From: a virus
Taxonomy: Duplodnaviria; Caudoviricetes
Strand: one strand, 5' to 3'
Length of the DNA: 29,949 nt
IMG/VR virus record: IMGVR_UViG_3300032318_000522
Location: 1-29,949 of that record
Shown: positions 9,007 to 15,680 of the stretch, one piece after another
How positions within the stretch are numbered: the first letter of the stretch is position 1
Layout: the number at the start of each line of letters is the position of its first letter
Program-made: the position numbers and the translations under genes
Notes under the pieces: model-generated
What the model saw: the letters and a program-made list of their open reading frames with translations, nothing else
What the model was told of the DNA's origin: nothing
The model's database searches: none

Positions 9007-9668
9007 TGACTGACCAATCCACCGCACTCACGACCACCCAGCCCGGCGTGTTCTCCGGGATCCAGGCGTTCGAGGAAGCCCAGCGGATTGCCAAGGCGCT
9101 GGCCAGCAGCACGCTGATCCCGCAGCAGTTCCAGGGGCAGGCAGGCTATGCCAACTGCCTGGTGGCGCTGAACATCAGCCGCCGGATGGGCATGGACCCG
9201 CTGATGGTGATGCAGAACCTGCACATCATCAGCGGCCGCCCCAGCTGGTCCAGCCAGTTCATCATCGGTCTGATCAACGGCTGCGGCCGCTTCAGCCCGC
9301 TGCGGTACGACATCACCGGCAAGGGTGACACGCTGGCCTGCACCGCGGTGGCGACCGAGATCCGCACCGGGGAAGTGCTGCGCGGCCCTGAGGTGACGAT
9401 GGCCATGGCCAAGCGTGAAGGCTGGGCAACCAAGTCCGGCAGCAAATGGGCAACCATGCCCGATCTGATGATCAGGTATCGGGCCGCGGCCTTCTGGGGG
9501 CGCCTGTACATTCCGGAGCTGCTGGTCGGCATCCAGACTCAGGAGGAAGTGATCGACGTGGAGCCGGTGGACATCACCGAGTCGCCAAAGACCACCGTGC
9601 AAGAGTTGAACGCCAAGATTGCATCCGAGCATGAGCCGGTGGAGGTAATCAGCGATGAACTCTTCTGA
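9006..9668 (+). CDS. RecT-like single-strand annealing protein
   Basis: TGATG-coupled to the RecE-like gene. LASSTLIP..FQG, NCLVAL, GMDPLMVMQNL..I.GRP, W.TMPDLM.RYRA. Confidence 0.75.
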   Translation: MTDQSTALTTTQPGVFSGIQAFEEAQRIAKALASSTLIPQQFQGQAGYANCLVALNISRRMGMDPLMVMQNLHIISGRPSWSSQFIIGLINGCGRFSPLRYDITGKGDTLACTAVATEIRTGEVLRGPEVTMAMAKREGWATKSGSKWATMPDLMIRYRAAAFWGRLYIPELLVGIQTQEEVIDVEPVDITESPKTTVQELNAKIASEHEPVEVISDELF

Positions 9669-9840
9669 TTACCTGACCGCCACCCAGTTGGCTGAGCGTT
9701 GGGGGTTGCACCCTGACACGCTGATGCGATGGCGTAAGGCGGGCAAAGGTCCGCCGTATTTCAAGACACCTGGTTTCGTGCTCTATCCATTGGCCGAGGT
9801 GGAGCAATACGAAAAGGCCAACACCATTACCCACGATTAA
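9655..9840 (+). CDS. Excisionase/MerR-like HTH DNA-binding protein
   Basis: YLTATQLAERWGLHPDTLMRWRKAGKGPPY...VLY...V..YE. Confidence 0.88.
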   Translation: MNSSDYLTATQLAERWGLHPDTLMRWRKAGKGPPYFKTPGFVLYPLAEVEQYEKANTITHD

Positions 9841-9842
9841 TC

Positions 9843-10199
9843 ATGACCTTCAGCGTGAACGGTGCCCTGTTCAAGCAATCCGCAGCCGACTGGCAGAAAC
9901 GGATGGGTGACAAGTATGAAGCCGGGAAGAACTACCCAGAGTTCGACGGCGTGTTGAACGTGCCGGCAGACCAGGCGTATGCACTGGCGCAATACCTGAT
10001 GAACGCGGCGCCTCAGGGTGATCGGCAAGAGATCCCGGTGCGGCTCAGCGGCTGGGCAAAGACGGCCAACAGCGGAGTGAAGTATCTAAGCATCGTCGCC
10101 AAGCCGGACTACAAGGTCCAGAAGGCGATCGAGGATGCGCTGGCGGTCTGCAAGGCCGCCGGCGTGGTGGCCAACAACACCGACGCCGATCTGTTCTGA
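9843..10199 (+). CDS. Putative single-stranded DNA-binding protein (DUF736-like)
   Basis: GALFK, PEFDG, RLSGWAKTANSGVKYLSI pattern, acidic-Phe C-terminus, recombination operon context. Confidence 0.55.
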   Translation: MTFSVNGALFKQSAADWQKRMGDKYEAGKNYPEFDGVLNVPADQAYALAQYLMNAAPQGDRQEIPVRLSGWAKTANSGVKYLSIVAKPDYKVQKAIEDALAVCKAAGVVANNTDADLF

Positions 10200-10211
10200 T
10201 CACATGAGCAT

Positions 10212-10232
10212 TGGCGGAGGGATCCTCCGCCA
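10212..10232. other. Perfect 9-bp inverted repeat TGGCGGAGG-GAT-CCTCCGCCA
   Basis: Intergenic, 12 nt after the SSB-like stop, no U-tract. Confidence 0.6.
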
Positions 10233-10254
10233 TCCATCACCGACCTATCAGCCC

Positions 10255-10575
10255 ATGCAATGCAAGCGATGCCAGAGCACCAAAACCCGGACGCCATCCA
10301 TCAACAGCCGAAGCGCCACCCAGACGGTGCGGAAGCGTGTCTGCCAGGACTGCGGCAACATTTGGTTCAGCGTTGAGATTGTCGTGCCGGACTTTGCGGT
10401 CGGGTGGTCGGCGATCGGCGGTGGTGGCAGCAAGCCGGTCTTGCGCCTGCCGATCGATGTGACGCTGCAGCATGTCGAAGAGGTCGATCGGACAGCACTG
10501 TGCAGAGCGACGGCGCAGGTCCGCCGAGCACGCCGCGATCTGACTGTTACGGAATGTGACGCGACCATCGACTGA
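10255..10575 (+). CDS. Zinc-ribbon protein (NrdR N-terminus/Ogr-like), putative regulator
   Basis: MQCKRCQS...TVRKRVCQDCGNIWFSVE. No ATP-cone. Confidence 0.7.
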   Translation: MQCKRCQSTKTRTPSINSRSATQTVRKRVCQDCGNIWFSVEIVVPDFAVGWSAIGGGGSKPVLRLPIDVTLQHVEEVDRTALCRATAQVRRARRDLTVTECDATID

Positions 10576-10597
10576 CGCGCTGCCGGTGGGGTATTGT
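10545..10597 (+). promoter_or_regulatory. Promoter copy 1 (TGTTACGGAATGTGAC ... GCGCTGCCGGTGGGG-TATTGT)
   Basis: 18-nt identity to 15153-15170, ending in a -10-like hexamer ~40 nt before the ATG at 10634. Confidence 0.6.
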
Positions 10598-10633
10598 TGG
10601 CTCACGGCCGACGAGGCCACCGCCACTCCACCC

Positions 10634-10825
10634 ATGATCACCACCACCCTTTTTTTGGTCTGGAAGCTGTTTCTCCCGCTTCTGGTTCTGGTCGCCATCA
10701 TTGATTGGCTCACTGCTTCCACCGATCGCCGCGCTCGGCTGCTGCGCCGCACTGGCCTCAGCCAGCAGCAGATCGCCAATCGCCTCAACGTCACCCGTTA
10801 CCAAGTCCGCAAAGCACTGGCATGA
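10634..10825 (+). CDS. Small protein: N-terminal transmembrane helix + C-terminal HTH
   Basis: LFLVWKLFLPLLVLVAIIDWL then LRRTGLSQQQIANRLNVTRYQVRKAL. Confidence 0.75.
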   Translation: MITTTLFLVWKLFLPLLVLVAIIDWLTASTDRRARLLRRTGLSQQQIANRLNVTRYQVRKALA

Positions 10826-10956
10826 GCAACCTTTCAGCTCCTTGGATTATGCGCAGCGCCGCGATTGTGCTGCTGATCTGTTCCTACTGCGCCGGAGTCC
10901 GCGACGGCCGCACGCACCAGTATCAGATTGATCATCCCACCACTCATCAACGATGA
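10822..10956 (+). CDS. Small membrane/secreted hypothetical protein (44 aa)
   Basis: ATGA overlaps at both ends, hydrophobic AAIVLLICSYCAG. Confidence 0.55.
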   Translation: MSNLSAPWIMRSAAIVLLICSYCAGVRDGRTHQYQIDHPTTHQR

Positions 10957-11120
10957 CTTTCATTATCGACCGCCGCTTTTACTTTCGCATCCTCAGCTGC
11001 AATATCTACGAATGCGTCTTTGCATCATCGGCTGCCGAGGCTCGCGTCATTGTGCAGCACGAGTATTGCAGAAACGTCAATGAGATCGAATGGCTCACAC
11101 CAATGGAAGACGAACAATGA
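10953..11120 (+). CDS. Hypothetical protein (55 aa, MTFIIDRRFYFRI...)
   Basis: Read manually, ATGA overlaps at both ends. Confidence 0.6.
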   Translation: MTFIIDRRFYFRILSCNIYECVFASSAAEARVIVQHEYCRNVNEIEWLTPMEDEQ

Positions 11121-11353
11121 GCATGGGGAAGGTCGTGCTGAACTGGGATGAAGTACAGACAACACCCAGCGGGGAAGGCGTCACCCGTGCCATCGCCGGC
11201 AACCCAACCAAGGCGTACCGACTATTAGTGCGCGCGCCATACGCTCCACCGATGCGGATGATCCTGTTCGCCGAAGGTAAGAAAGAGGCGGTGATGTATG
11301 CACAGAACCGCTGGCCTGATGCCGTCGTGAAACTGATCGAATGCCTGAACTGA
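11117..11353 (+). CDS. Hypothetical protein
   Basis: Coupled starts/stops, A..YAQNRWP motif. Confidence 0.65.
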   Translation: MSMGKVVLNWDEVQTTPSGEGVTRAIAGNPTKAYRLLVRAPYAPPMRMILFAEGKKEAVMYAQNRWPDAVVKLIECLN

Positions 11354-11523
11354 TGACTGCGGCCAGCTTGTATCAGTTTGGCCGCTGCTATGAACGCGAG
11401 CGCATCTGCAACATCCTGCGCGCTCGCATGGACCAGCTTCCGCCAGACTGCACGGCATGGCAGGAAGCCAACAACCTTTTTACGATCCTCAACACCGATG
11501 GCACTGAACCAGATCCAGCTTGA
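11353..11523 (+). CDS. Hypothetical protein
   Basis: TGATG overlap with the upstream gene, G...ERERI motif. Confidence 0.55.
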   Translation: MTAASLYQFGRCYERERICNILRARMDQLPPDCTAWQEANNLFTILNTDGTEPDPA

Positions 11524-11547
11524 CCAGCTTGAGCAGGAGGCCGAGCA

Positions 11548-11730
11548 ATGACCGACTTTCACACCGCACCATTCCAAGACTTCTCTACCGAGTTGCGCGA
11601 CCCATGGCCTGTTATTGAGCGGCTGCGTCTGGCCCTGCGCGAAGCTGAGCGCTACTGCCTTGGAGCTGAAAACATCACAGGACATTGCATCACATCACTT
11701 CTTGAAATACTGCCCAACGAAGATGACTAA
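11548..11730 (+). CDS. Hypothetical protein (60 aa)
   Basis: GGAGG RBS upstream, in operon. Confidence 0.6.
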   Translation: MTDFHTAPFQDFSTELRDPWPVIERLRLALREAERYCLGAENITGHCITSLLEILPNEDD

Positions 11731-12095
11731 ACAACACCGACTCACCCCACCGCCGGAGTTGGTGGATCAATGGGTTACCGAGGCTTGCCCTGAGTGTCGA
11801 CTGAGTTACGACGAGTTCACTGGGCAGAGTGTAGAAATCCTTGTCGCCCGCGCCGCTCAATGGGGCGCCGCCCAAGAGCTGGAGGCGTGCTGTGAGTGGC
11901 TGGAAGATATTGGCCCTGCAGGAGTTCAACTATGGGGCGATGACCTCCGCACCGCCCGCCGCCCTCAAGCCGCCGAGCTTGAAGGAGCAGGCATTAGCAC
12001 TGATTGACGACTGCGCCGATCCTGAAGGCGACTACCTAGACGACAACGCTCTGTACATCATCCACCGCGCCCTAGAGGCCCTTCCCGACGATTGA
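11723..12095 (+). pseudogene. Hypothetical protein split by a single-base frameshift near 11965
   Basis: Frame A TPPPELV...AAQWGAAQELEACCEWL...LRTARRP, frame B KPPSLKEQAL...RALEALPDD. Removing one base from CCCTCAAG joins them into 123 aa. Confidence 0.6.
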
Positions 12096-12142
12096 TCTGA
12101 GTCGTTAAACCCGATCCTGTTCTTTATCCATCCAATCTCACA

Positions 12143-12454
12143 ATGTTTAACACTATTACTGTCAACGGCGTTGAATACATTCGCGCCGATTCTGTTCCTG
12201 CTGCAAAACCCAATGGCAATCGCGCTGTCGTAGTGGTTGATCGTGGTTGGATCTTTGCTGGTGATGTTACCAGGGAAGATGGCCGCATCAGGCTAAGCCG
12301 TGCTGTATGGGTATTTAAGTGGGAAGGTTGCGGCTTTGCCAAGGTGATCGAAGATCCATCCAAGGCGGACATTCGCATCATTGCTGATGTTGACATCCCC
12401 AATGGCGCTGAGATTTTTTGCGTGCCAGTGCATGAACAGTGGGGACTGGGTTGA
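12143..12454 (+). CDS. Small beta-rich protein (Sm/SH3-like barrel predicted; DUF6948-like by recollection)
   Basis: [36 protein letters not shown]. Lower GC than flanking modules. Confidence 0.75.
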   Translation: MFNTITVNGVEYIRADSVPAAKPNGNRAVVVVDRGWIFAGDVTREDGRIRLSRAVWVFKWEGCGFAKVIEDPSKADIRIIADVDIPNGAEIFCVPVHEQWGLG

Positions 12455-12717
12455 TGTTTAGACCTATCGGCTACGGCACCGGCTACGGCACCGGCTACGG
12501 CACCGGCTACAGCAACGGCTACGGCAGCGGCTACGGCAGCGGCTACGGCTACGGCAACGGCACCGGCTACGGCACCGGCTACGGCGACAGCTACGGCGAC
12601 GGCTACGGCGACGGCGACGGCACCGGCTACGGCGACAGCTACGGCGACGGCTACGGCGACGGCGACGGCACCGGCTACGGCACTTGCAGTTCGCACCGCA
12701 ACAGAAGGGCGCAATGA
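12454..12717 (+). CDS. Gly-Tyr/Asp/Thr repeat protein (87 aa)
   Basis: TGATG overlap with the upstream gene. MFRPI-(G-X)[11 protein letters not shown]. Confidence 0.7.
   Translation: MFRPIGYGTGYGTGYGTGYSNGYGSGYGSGYGYGNGTGYGTGYGDSYGDGYGDGDGTGYGDSYGDGYGDGDGTGYGTCSSHRNRRAQ
12469..12683 (+). repeat. Hexamer-based tandem repeat (GGC-TAC/GAC/ACC) with an exact 48-nt duplication
   Basis: 12571-12618 equals 12619-12666 ([16 protein letters not shown]). GGCTACGGCACC occurs three times at the start. Confidence 0.95.
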
Positions 12718-12742
12718 TCAGTATTAACTCCGAGTCTACGAA

Positions 12743-13012
12743 ATGACTGACCTTACCCCCGCCGCGCAGGCCATCTGGGAAGCCTTCAATGAAGACGAAG
12801 CTGGCGTGTTTGTTGACTACGGTGACAAGCTCGCCGCCGCCCTTCGCGCTGCTGCGGATCGGGTGGTGCCGGATGGCCCAAAACCCAATCCCAATTCAGA
12901 CTTCCACCTAATAAATTGGACCAAATCTCTCGACCAGTATTACCAGCGCCAACAAACCCGCGATGAACTCCTCGCCATCGCCGCCGAGCTGGAGGCCAAG
13001 GGCAATGACTGA
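12743..13012 (+). CDS. Hypothetical phage protein
   Basis: MTDLTPAAQAI...LAAALRAAADRVVP...LLAIAAELE pattern. Confidence 0.75.
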   Translation: MTDLTPAAQAIWEAFNEDEAGVFVDYGDKLAAALRAAADRVVPDGPKPNPNSDFHLINWTKSLDQYYQRQQTRDELLAIAAELEAKGND

Positions 13013-13067
13013 GCCGTCCTTGCCCGCTGTGCGCTGCCAATGGTGGAGGTAATCCGTGGCTGAACTG

Positions 13068-13694
13068 ATGACCACCACCTTCATCCACTGCACGCCGAAC
13101 GCTGAACAGCTGATTGTCAAGATGGCCAGGGTGAGCAACCCTGCCAACGCCGACAACACCGCGACAGCGCCAAAGCTGCTGCAGTACCTGATCAGACACC
13201 GGCACTGGTCACCGTTTGAGATGGCCAGCCTGTGCATCAAGATCGACACCGAGCGCGACATTGCGGCGCAGATCCTTCGGCACCGGTCGTTCAGTTTCCA
13301 GGAGTTCAGCACCAGGTATGCCGAGACCGGCCACGCCGAGATCCCGGCACTTCGCCGGCAGGACACCGCCAATCGGCAGAACAGCACCGACGACCTGGAC
13401 CCTGAGGTGGTCGATGTTCTGCAGATGGACGCCGGTGGCGTCATCGCCGCGGCCTTCCTGACGTATCAGACCATGCTGCTGCAGGGTGTGGCCAAGGAGA
13501 CGGCACGCCGGATCCTGCCGCTCTGCACGCCCACGACGCTGTACATGCACGGCACACTTCGTAGTTGGCTGCACTACATCGAGGTTCGCACCGGTCCCGA
13601 AACCCAGCTGGAACACCGGCTGATTGCTGAAGGCTGCCGGGCGATCTTCGCCGAACAGTTCCCCACCATCGCCGAGGCTGCTTTCCATGATTGA
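13068..13694 (+). CDS. thyX: FAD-dependent thymidylate synthase
   Basis: HWSPFE, ThyX signature RHRSFSFQEFSTRY, GVAKETAR.ILP, GTLRSWLHY, QLEH. Confidence 0.97.
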   Translation: MTTTFIHCTPNAEQLIVKMARVSNPANADNTATAPKLLQYLIRHRHWSPFEMASLCIKIDTERDIAAQILRHRSFSFQEFSTRYAETGHAEIPALRRQDTANRQNSTDDLDPEVVDVLQMDAGGVIAAAFLTYQTMLLQGVAKETARRILPLCTPTTLYMHGTLRSWLHYIEVRTGPETQLEHRLIAEGCRAIFAEQFPTIAEAAFHD

Positions 13695-13896
13695 TCCAGT
13701 CAACAACCCGGAGCACTACATCCAGGGCAGCATCGAATGCATCGACGCCATCGAGGCGGCGTTGACGCCTGAGGAATTCCGGGGATACTGCAAAGGCAAC
13801 GCGCTGAAGTACATCTGGCGCGAACGCCACAAGGGTGGCAAGGAGTCACTCAAGAAAGCCAACTGGTACCTTCGCAAGCTGACCGATGCGACCTAA
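13687..13896 (+). CDS. DUF3310 protein (T7 gp1.7 nucleotide kinase-like/SaV-like)
   Basis: DPVNNPEHY..G.IECID, GNALKYIWR..HKGG.ESLKKA.WYL. Confidence 0.9.
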   Translation: MIDPVNNPEHYIQGSIECIDAIEAALTPEEFRGYCKGNALKYIWRERHKGGKESLKKANWYLRKLTDAT

Positions 13897-14119
13897 GGGA
13901 ATGAACCTGATCGAGCGGCTCGCTTGGGCGGTGCTGTATCGCAGCAAGCGGATCGGCTTGCTGGTGGCCAAGATGCACGACAATCACGACGTTATCTGCC
14001 GCGCTCGCAGCAGTGACCCTGAGGCGGTGCATCTGCTCGGCATGTTGATGGATGAGCTGGAGCTACCTAGCTTGCAGCTTGAGCGTCAGTTTCACGCGCC
14101 GGCATACGGCGAAGATTAG
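13886..14119 (+). CDS. Hypothetical protein
   Basis: Overlapping operon ORF, ends LERQFHAPAYGED. Confidence 0.65.
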   Translation: MRPKGMNLIERLAWAVLYRSKRIGLLVAKMHDNHDVICRARSSDPEAVHLLGMLMDELELPSLQLERQFHAPAYGED

Positions 14120-14499
14120 TGATCAGCTTCTATCACGGCCGCCTGCAGATTGATCGTCGATCATTGTGCGAGAACTGGCGGGCGATCGTGAGGCTGCCGC
14201 GATCGGACCAGATCGAGATTGACCTTGGCACGCCTGACATGCGCGAGGCGTACCTTCGGGCGCAGTATCAGTACCTGGCGCTGCGCTCGAAGCAGCCGAT
14301 CGAGGATGTGAAGGAGATCTACCGGAAGAAGGCCGCCTGCTGGAGCTGCTGCCAGTGGCTGCCGCTGGCGGGAGAGTGCTCCTTTGGGTTTCCGGAAGCC
14401 CGCCAGACTGGTGGAAGGTTTGCCGCGCGGTGTGATCTGTATGACGACGGAACGGGAAGTGATCGAACGGCTGGAGAGGGGGGAGGGGCGATGGATTGA
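14119..14499 (+). CDS. Hypothetical protein with C-terminal Cys cluster
   Basis: TAGTG overlap, CWSCCQW...CSFGFPEA...RCDLY. Confidence 0.65.
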   Translation: MISFYHGRLQIDRRSLCENWRAIVRLPRSDQIEIDLGTPDMREAYLRAQYQYLALRSKQPIEDVKEIYRKKAACWSCCQWLPLAGECSFGFPEARQTGGRFAARCDLYDDGTGSDRTAGEGGGAMD

Positions 14500-14614
14500 C
14501 GTGATGATCGACGACGACGGGATGCCGCTGTATCGCGCCTGCGGCCAGAGCGGCGGGATCTGCCGGTACACCATCGACCTATGGCAGGCCGAGATCTATG
14601 TGACCTACTACTGA
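14441..14614 (+). CDS. Hypothetical protein (57 aa)
   Basis: MTTEREVIERLER...YRACG..GICRY..DLWQA. Confidence 0.55.
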   Translation: MTTEREVIERLERGEGRWIDVMIDDDGMPLYRACGQSGGICRYTIDLWQAEIYVTYY

Positions 14615-14907
14615 GCCAGCCATTGGATGACGGCCCATTCCCGGGCTGCGGTCCAGAACGGCTGTGCCCGGAACCAGTCGATCCAGTGCTTGTGGCCCTT
14701 GCGGCTGTTGCACATGAAGCAGCAGCTGACCAGGTTCTCCCGCACGGTCAGTCCGCCATAGGCCTTGGGGATCACGTGGTCGAGGGTGGGGCTGCGGCCC
14801 AGCGAATCGCCGCAGTAGGCGCAGCGGTAGTCCCAGGCCAGGTGGATCTGATCGCGGGCTGATCGCCGGGTGACCAGCCTGGTCTCGTCAATGTGGTGCT
14901 GTTCCAC
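14608..14907 (-). CDS. HNH endonuclease
   Basis: CAYCG, TLDHVIPK..GG, ENLVSCCFMCNSRKG. Confidence 0.93.
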   Translation of the reverse strand: MEQHHIDETRLVTRRSARDQIHLAWDYRCAYCGDSLGRSPTLDHVIPKAYGGLTVRENLVSCCFMCNSRKGHKHWIDWFRAQPFWTAAREWAVIQWLAQ

Positions 14908-15073
14908 TGAGATCCGCCGGCAGGCCGAACACTTCCACGCTCAAGTCAACGATGTCGTCGTCGTTGCTGATGAACTCTGACAGCTGGCTGTAGATGTCGG
15001 CTGGCAGGTCTTCGGCGGCGGTGTCCGACCGATAGATGACCTTCGCCGTGATCTCGACAATGAAGGCAGGCAC
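14888..15073 (-). CDS. Small acidic hypothetical protein
   Basis: Likely GTG start at 15073, with a TACCGT -10-like element ~22 nt upstream. Confidence 0.6.
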   Translation of the reverse strand: MPAFIVEITAKVIYRSDTAAEDLPADIYSQLSEFISNDDDIVDLSVEVFGLPADLSGTAPH

Positions 15074-15112
15074 GGCAACCGCACGGCTGCTTATACGGTA
15101 ACGGGGCGCAAG

Positions 15113-15173
15113 TGTGACGGGATGTGAACCGGCCACCCTGATTCGGGGATGTGCGCTGCCGGTGGGGTATGAT
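15113..15173 (+). promoter_or_regulatory. Promoter copy 2 (TGTGACGGGATGTGAA ... GCGCTGCCGGTGGGG-TATGAT)
   Basis: 18-nt identity with 10577-10594, near-consensus -10 TATGAT. Confidence 0.65.
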
Positions 15174-15198
15174 TCACACATCGACAGCCACCCGACCG

Positions 15199-15414
15199 AT
15201 GACCACCCTGATCCAGCAAGTCGCCGACAACGCCTTCGTGCTCACCACTGGCAAGGGCCGCGAAGTGCAAGTGACCTTCTTTAGCTGGGGCACCGTCAAC
15301 GTCCTGGTTGGCACCGGCACCGGCATGGGCCGCAATTACAGCAGCCTGACCGAAGCCGCCAACGGCTACAAAGCCGCCGACGTGAAGGCCGCTCTGGCGG
15401 CTCTGGCGGCATGA
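15199..15414 (+). CDS. Hypothetical protein (71 aa)
   Basis: ATG just after promoter copy 2, strong C-ending codon bias. Confidence 0.7.
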   Translation: MTTLIQQVADNAFVLTTGKGREVQVTFFSWGTVNVLVGTGTGMGRNYSSLTEAANGYKAADVKAALAALAA

Positions 15415-15680
15415 CCGTCACCTTCAGCGAAAATGATCTGGCAGCCATGGCCGCTGCCATCAAACAGCACCTGTCCGACTGTCGCGCTCAGCCACCCATG
15501 ACCTACATCCTCAGCATCGGCCCCTGGCATGTCGGGCCGTTTCCAACGCACGTCGCGGCGCAGCACTTCGCGGAAACTCACGGCCTCGATGACTTCCGCA
15601 TGATCGAGCTGGATGACCCGGCTCAGCCCTTGCTGGCCGTCACCATCCGATCGCCGTTGTATCTGCCGGTGATGGCGTAG
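15411..15680 (+). CDS. Hypothetical protein; 3' end overlaps dcd antisense
   Basis: ATGA overlap, internal MTYILSIGPWHVGPF segment. Confidence 0.55.
   Translation: MTVTFSENDLAAMAAAIKQHLSDCRAQPPMTYILSIGPWHVGPFPTHVAAQHFAETHGLDDFRMIELDDPAQPLLAVTIRSPLYLPVMA

Noticed and set aside
8134-9632. Long minus-strand ORFs (297 aa, 210 aa) opposite the RecE/RecT-like genes, and similar shadows elsewhere (e.g. 643-1251, 23550-24362)
   Set aside because: Typical antisense ORFs of high-GC3 genes, with no motifs.
10255-10575. Calling this gene nrdR
   Set aside because: Only the zinc ribbon is similar and there is no ATP-cone.
12469-12683. Repeat as a CRISPR array or DGR element
   Set aside because: No unique spacers, and no cas or reverse transcriptase gene.
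12124-12714. 196-aa AVAVA ORF on the minus strand
   Set aside because: Antisense shadow of the GGC-NAC repeat. It opposes the operon direction and the TGATG-coupled plus-strand reading.
12454-12717. Ice-nucleation protein (GYGS, 16-aa unit), K+ channel filter (GYGD) or GFP chromophore (SYG/GYG) similarity
   Set aside because: No TxT/SLT ladder, no transmembrane helices and no barrel. Matches are expected from low complexity.
14608-14907. HNH as a mobile homing element or intron
   Set aside because: No interrupted gene or intron features. Small stand-alone HNH genes are common in cos phages.
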